From: Planctomycetota bacterium
GTDB lineage: Bacteria; Planctomycetota; UBA11346
Assembly: GCA_038231435.1 (NCBI GenBank)
Contig: JBBRLJ010000013.1
Location: 32,001 to 96,000, forward strand
DNA: 64,000 nucleotides
Reading direction: 5' to 3'
Shown here in pieces: positions 62,495-64,000 of this stretch; position 1 is the first letter of the stretch, and the number at the start of each line of letters is the position of its first letter. Under the pieces are notes generated by a model, which saw nothing but the letters and a program-made list of their open reading frames with translations, ran no database searches and had not been told where the DNA came from. The translations under genes and the position numbers were made by a program.

Positions 62495-64000
62495 TAAAAG
62501 TCTTTGATGGCGATCCGGTAGAGGAACGGCTGGTTGTCGACGTTGATCGGTTTGGGCACCTGGGTCAGGCCGGTGATTGGCGCGTAGCGCCGGCGGATGC
62601 CCTGCTCGAAGTTGTGCAGCACCGCGTCGGTACCCAGTTTGCCCGCGGACTTGGCATAGCCCTCGATCTCGACCTGCACCTGCTCGCTCTGGCGGGTGAC
62701 GCGGTAGCTGGTCAGCACCACGGGGCAGGTCGCAGGATCCTGCTGCGCGCTGATCGCGGCCAGCAGTTCGATCGCGACGCGTCCCGGGCGCCGATGGGCG
62801 TCGAGCCACGTGAGCCTGGCCGCCGCCTGGGAGCGCGCATCCTGGAGCTGCTCGAGCTTCTTCTGCTGGCCCTCGGCGGTGGGCACCAGGCCGTCGTTGG
62901 CGTCGCCCTGCAGCACGTGCACCGCCGCCGACGCGCGGCCGATGTCGATTTCGCGGCGGACGATGGCGAGGACGAACAGGGCGACGATCAGCGCGGCGGC
63001 CACGCGCATCGCCCCCTGGGTGCGCCAGAACAGCGAGCTGGTGCTGCGTTCATCCGCGAGTGCGTCGAGCTCGAAGCTCGGGGCCTGCGACGCGCCGATC
63101 ACCGCTGTCCATGGACTGGGCAGGGCGGCGAGACGGTCCATGTCCTCGGACGGCAGCGCGGAGAGCACGCCCGAGAACGGATTGAGCAGCTTGACCGGCA
63201 GGTTCGCGCGCTCGCGCAGGGTCTCGGCGAAGCCGATGACCTGGGCGCCGGCGCCGGCGAGATGGATGGTGGCGGGCTCGAACTTGTCGATCTTCATCTG
63301 CGTCTTGGCGAAGCGCACCGTGGCGGTGACGCTGGCGGCGAGCGCCCCTGCCTGCTTCGAGATCAGCTCGCGCAGATCCTCGGGCGCGCCCTTGCCGAGC
63401 TTGGTGATGAGCTTGGCCGCGTCGGCCTCGGACACGCCGCGCCGCTCGGCGACGTTCTTGATCAGTTCATCCATGCCCGGGGTCTGGGTGCGGATGAAGA
63501 CGATTTCGCCGTTCTGCACCAGGATGAGATGGAGGCGCTTGCCGCCGACGTCGACGATGATCGACTGGCCGCTCTCCTCGGGTTCCTGGGCGCGATAGGC
63601 GCGGTAGACGCCCAGCGCCGGCGGCAGCAGCGCGGCGAGCTTGCCGCCGTGCGCGGCCAGGCTCTGCTTCAAACGGTCGATGAGCTTCTGCTTGGTCACC
63701 AGCGCGAGCAGGCGCAGTTCGCCTGCCGCGTCGTTGAAGCCGGCCTGGACCGAGTGCCACGAGACCGTGACCGGATCCTGGCCGTCCCCAGACATGCTCG
63801 CGACCTCGAAGCGCACCAGCTTGTCGAGCCGTTCGGGGTTGGTGGCGGGCTGCACCATGCTGCGCAGCAGCATGTCGTCGTGGTGGAGGAGCACCGCGAC
63901 CCGCCCCAGGGGGCCGGTGATCGGGGCGGCGGCCAGGGCCAGCAGGGGGTCCGCGCCGGGAGGCACCGGCCAGCTCTCAAGGCCCACGATCCGGTGCTCG
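62494..64000 (-). CDS. pilM: Type IV pilus assembly PilM-like protein fused to a PilN-like domain (5' end outside window)
   Basis: VRFEV, IVDVGG...GEIVFIR, IHLAGAGA, LLNPF, then a TM segment and a periplasmic domain. Confidence 0.72.
   Translation of the reverse strand, partial: EHRIVGLESWPVPPGADPLLALAAAPITGPLGRVAVLLHHDDMLLRSMVQPATNPERLDKLVRFEVASMSGDGQDPVTVSWHSVQAGFNDAAGELRLLALVTKQKLIDRLKQSLAAHGGKLAALLPPALGVYRAYRAQEPEESGQSIIVDVGGKRLHLILVQNGEIVFIRTQTPGMDELIKNVAERRGVSEADAAKLITKLGKGAPEDLRELISKQAGALAASVTATVRFAKTQMKIDKFEPATIHLAGAGAQVIGFAETLRERANLPVKLLNPFSGVLSALPSEDMDRLAALPSPWTAVIGASQAPSFELDALADERSTSSLFWRTQGAMRVAAALIVALFVLAIVRREIDIGRASAAVHVLQGDANDGLVPTAEGQQKKLEQLQDARSQAAARLTWLDAHRRPGRVAIELLAAISAQQDPATCPVVLTSYRVTRQSEQVQVEIEGYAKSAGKLGTDAVLHNFEQGIRRRYAPITGLTQVPKPINVDNQPFLYRIAIKDF

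Overview
High-GC (about 70% by eye) bacterial chromosome segment. Gene content suggests Planctomycetota or a related PVC lineage (inference). About half of the window (14.1-45.7 kb, minus strand) is one co-directional block: ECF sigma, FecR-type anti-sigma, clan GH-A glycoside hydrolase, then a MoxR/vWA operon (two tandem MoxR genes, one with degenerate ATPase motifs; DUF58; vWA; DUF4175-like; DUF4159; a C13-like protein; a 1334-aa modular secreted protein), directly followed by a second, Bat-type MoxR/vWA operon. The flanks hold a second FecR plus secreted beta-helix protein module, tRNA-Arg(TCT), tRNA-Cys(GCA), argJ, clpS, TPP riboswitch-thiC-truncated haemoglobin, truA, lpxH-like, ribBX, panD, queC, rpiB, lysA, an XPB-like helicase/DUF790 nuclease pair, a divergent DnaA-like gene and a partial pilM-pilN fusion. 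Intergenic DNA carries three families of structured REP-like repeats (one with compensatory base changes, one with a conserved cUNCGg hairpin fused to stop codons) and several heptamer tandem tracts. I saw no CRISPR array, rRNA, integrase or transposase. All family assignments come from motif recognition by eye, not database searches.
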